DNA from: Chiloscyllium plagiosum
Taxonomy: Eukaryota
DNA length: 37,721 nt
NCBI RefSeq assembly: GCF_004010195.1
Contig: NC_057750.1
Coordinates: 19,601,366 to 19,639,086 of the forward strand
Reading direction: 5' to 3'
This document shows, one piece after another, positions 35,728 to 37,721 of the stretch; within the stretch, counting starts at the first letter, position 1; every line of letters starts with the position of its first letter. Under the pieces are notes generated by a model. That model searched no databases and was not told the DNA's origin. It worked only from the letters and a program-made list of their open reading frames with translations. The translations under genes and the position numbers were made by a program.

Positions 35728-36539
35728 GTGAGACAATCTGTTTTTCAGAATTTGCCTTTGTCAAGGGTGTGATTGTGGCATGTTATTATATTGGAACAGT
35801 TAATTTGTCCGGCATCGATTTGTTAAGCATTTCGATATTGTTACAGTTAAGTCAATTATTTTCTTTACTTTTTCTTTTGTTGTATTTTACACATAGTGCA
35901 TGAAGAAAGTATGTTTTGCTTTAATATTGAGTAGTTTGGTCAATTTAATATCATCTGGAACACACCATCTTACAATTACATTTAAAATAAGAACAAGTTA
36001 GGCTCTAGGCTATCTTCTTGTATATTCTGATGGGATTTGATCCGGTCTGTAACAATTCAACTACCAGGTTTGAAGCAAAGCACACTTTAATTTTGCACCA
36101 TAGTTATAATACAAACAAAAGAAAGAACATAAGAAGAATTAGAAACACAACTCTACTGGAAAAATTGCAAAATCGTAAATTGCAATTGAATTTTGCCATT
36201 TCTAGAGATTCAGATGACATTTCTGGCAATCGTACATATCAAGCTATTGCTGCACTTATCTCCTTTTTTCACACAAAGGCAACCCCAACCTCAGCTTCTC
36301 CGCTACTTCCAAGCCTTGCTCACTCTCTGTAAAACCCCCAAAATGACTTGTTCCGCCCCCCAGAAAACCTTTAGTGACTGAAAGAGCCATTACTATACAA
36401 GGCACAGCTTATTTAAACCAAGAGAATGCAAGATATGAAAAGAGAACACCAACACATATCACTCACTCTCTTTGATGCTAATAATCCTGAACATGACATG
36501 GAATAAGAGATTTGGATCCCGACAAGAGCCCCCAGTTAA

Positions 36540-36750
36540 TTATGGACCAGACCCAAACCCCTCAAAATATATGAAGAAGATAGCCAAGACTCCAACCTTT
36601 ACTTACGTTTAAAGGCAAGTGTAAGGCACACATTCTGGATGCAATTTGATTGATCCAACTACCAGGTTTTAAGTGAAACTCACTTTACTTTTACACTGTA
36701 GTTAAAATACAAGCAAAAGAAAGAATAATAACAGAATAATAGATTATTTA
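36540..36750 (-). mobile_element. Further LTR-family fragment
   Basis: TATGGACCAGACCCAAACCCCTCAAAATATATGAAGAAG is the reverse complement of the LTR 3' end. Confidence 0.75.
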
Positions 36751-36864
36751 ACTACTGGAGTGATTAGAACCAGGTGGATCTTGGTGACTAAGAAATCCTT
36801 GATTGTGGTTGTTAAACTGGACCAATTAGGAAAGCCCTAGCTGACAATATAAACAGGGGATCAC

Positions 36865-37465
36865 CCGGTACGGAGGAAGGAGGGCAGGTCTGAAGATCTC
36901 CTCGTGGGTCTGCTCCTGGGCCAGACCAAACTGGCCATTAACAGGTCGAGGCAGCGGGCCATGGAGGGGGTCGTTAGGGCCGACTGCCTGCCCCTCTTCC
37001 GCGGTTATGTTAGAGCCCGGGTGTCCTTGGAGAAGGAGCACGCGGTGTCGACCTACACCCTGGAGTTGTTCAGGGAGAGGTGGGCGCCGCAGGGAGTGGA
37101 GTGCATCATTGCTCCCTCCAATTCTATTTTGATTTAGTCCCTACCCTCCCCTTCACTGTTTTGATCACACAGCACTGCCCTTTGATGTGAAGGGCAGTGC
37201 TTGTCACTGGCCACCCGGGTGTTTTCCTATCTTCCTGGTGGTGGAAATTGAATAAAGATTCGTGCACCTTGTGTCTAAAAAAAAGGGGAGTGTTTCACTG
37301 TGTCTCCCACCTGCACACACACACCATGGGTGCTGGGGAAAAAAAATAAACACAACCGCACTAAGGTGGTAGTGTGACGGTTAAAGGGGAAAAAAAAGAA
37401 GAGAAAAAAAAAATAAACAGAAGGTTCTGCCTGGTGGTGGAAATTGGAAAGAAAAAAAAAAAATA
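36865..37465 (+). mobile_element. Tx1/L1-clade LINE 3' end with 3' UTR and A-rich tail
   Basis: LLLGQTKLAINRSR..CLPLFRGYVRARVSLEKEHA..FRERW resembles Tx1 ORF2 C-termini; AATAAA at 37251; A-runs. Confidence 0.8.
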
Positions 37466-37477
37466 CATCTATTCTTT

Positions 37478-37721
37478 GACTGCCTGCCCCTCTTCCGCGG
37501 TTACGTTAGAGCCCGGGTGTCCTTGGAGAAGGAGCACGCGGCGTCGACCAACACCCTGGAGTTGTTCAGGGAGAGGTGGGCGCCGCAGGGAGTGGAGTGC
37601 ATTATTTCTCCCTCCAACTCTATTTTGATTTAGTCCCTACCCTCCCCTTCACTGTTTTGATCACACAGCACTGACCCTTGCTGTGAAGGGCAGTGTTTGT
37701 CACTGCCCACCCGGGTGTTTT
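37478..37721 (+). mobile_element. Second tandem Tx1-like 3' copy (runs off window)
   Basis: Near-identical to 36982-37225. Confidence 0.85.

Larger units (their letters stand above)
34916..36054 (+). mobile_element. Solo LTR (Gypsy-like) with TG...CA ends
   Basis: TGTAAT...TGTAACA flanked by 4-bp direct repeat ATTC (34912-34915; 36055-36058). Confidence 0.8.
34807..36500 (-). mobile_element. Outer LTR-like element (34807-34915 plus 36055-~36500) interrupted by a same-family LTR
   Basis: Joining the two halves gives a sequence collinear with the uninterrupted copy at 36540-36730. Confidence 0.75.

Noticed and set aside
34807..36054. DNA transposon with long terminal inverted repeats
   Set aside because: The apparent TIRs are two LTR ends in opposite orientation; the ATTC TSD and the continuation at 36055 show nesting.

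Overview
Repeat-dense eukaryotic DNA, very likely elasmobranch (shark), judged from HE1-type tRNA-SINEs and HER1/CR1-type LINEs. No intact host protein-coding gene was recognised. Most of the window is CR1 LINEs (two near-full-length decayed copies plus many fragments), two SINE families, Penelope-like elements with hammerhead motifs, nested solo LTRs, a Rex1/Babar fragment and Tx1-like 3' ends. The most interesting signal is in the non-repeat islands between these elements. Translated by hand across frameshifts and stops, they resemble paramyxovirus proteins: an N-like relic (~4920-5650, +), an HN/receptor-binding-protein-like relic split by TE insertions (~22185-19280, -), and two diverged M-like fragments (~22570-22870 and ~28500-28645, -). 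This suggests a multi-gene endogenous paramyxovirus-like locus. The viral calls rest on motif resemblance to sequences recalled from memory and need a frameshift-aware profile search.
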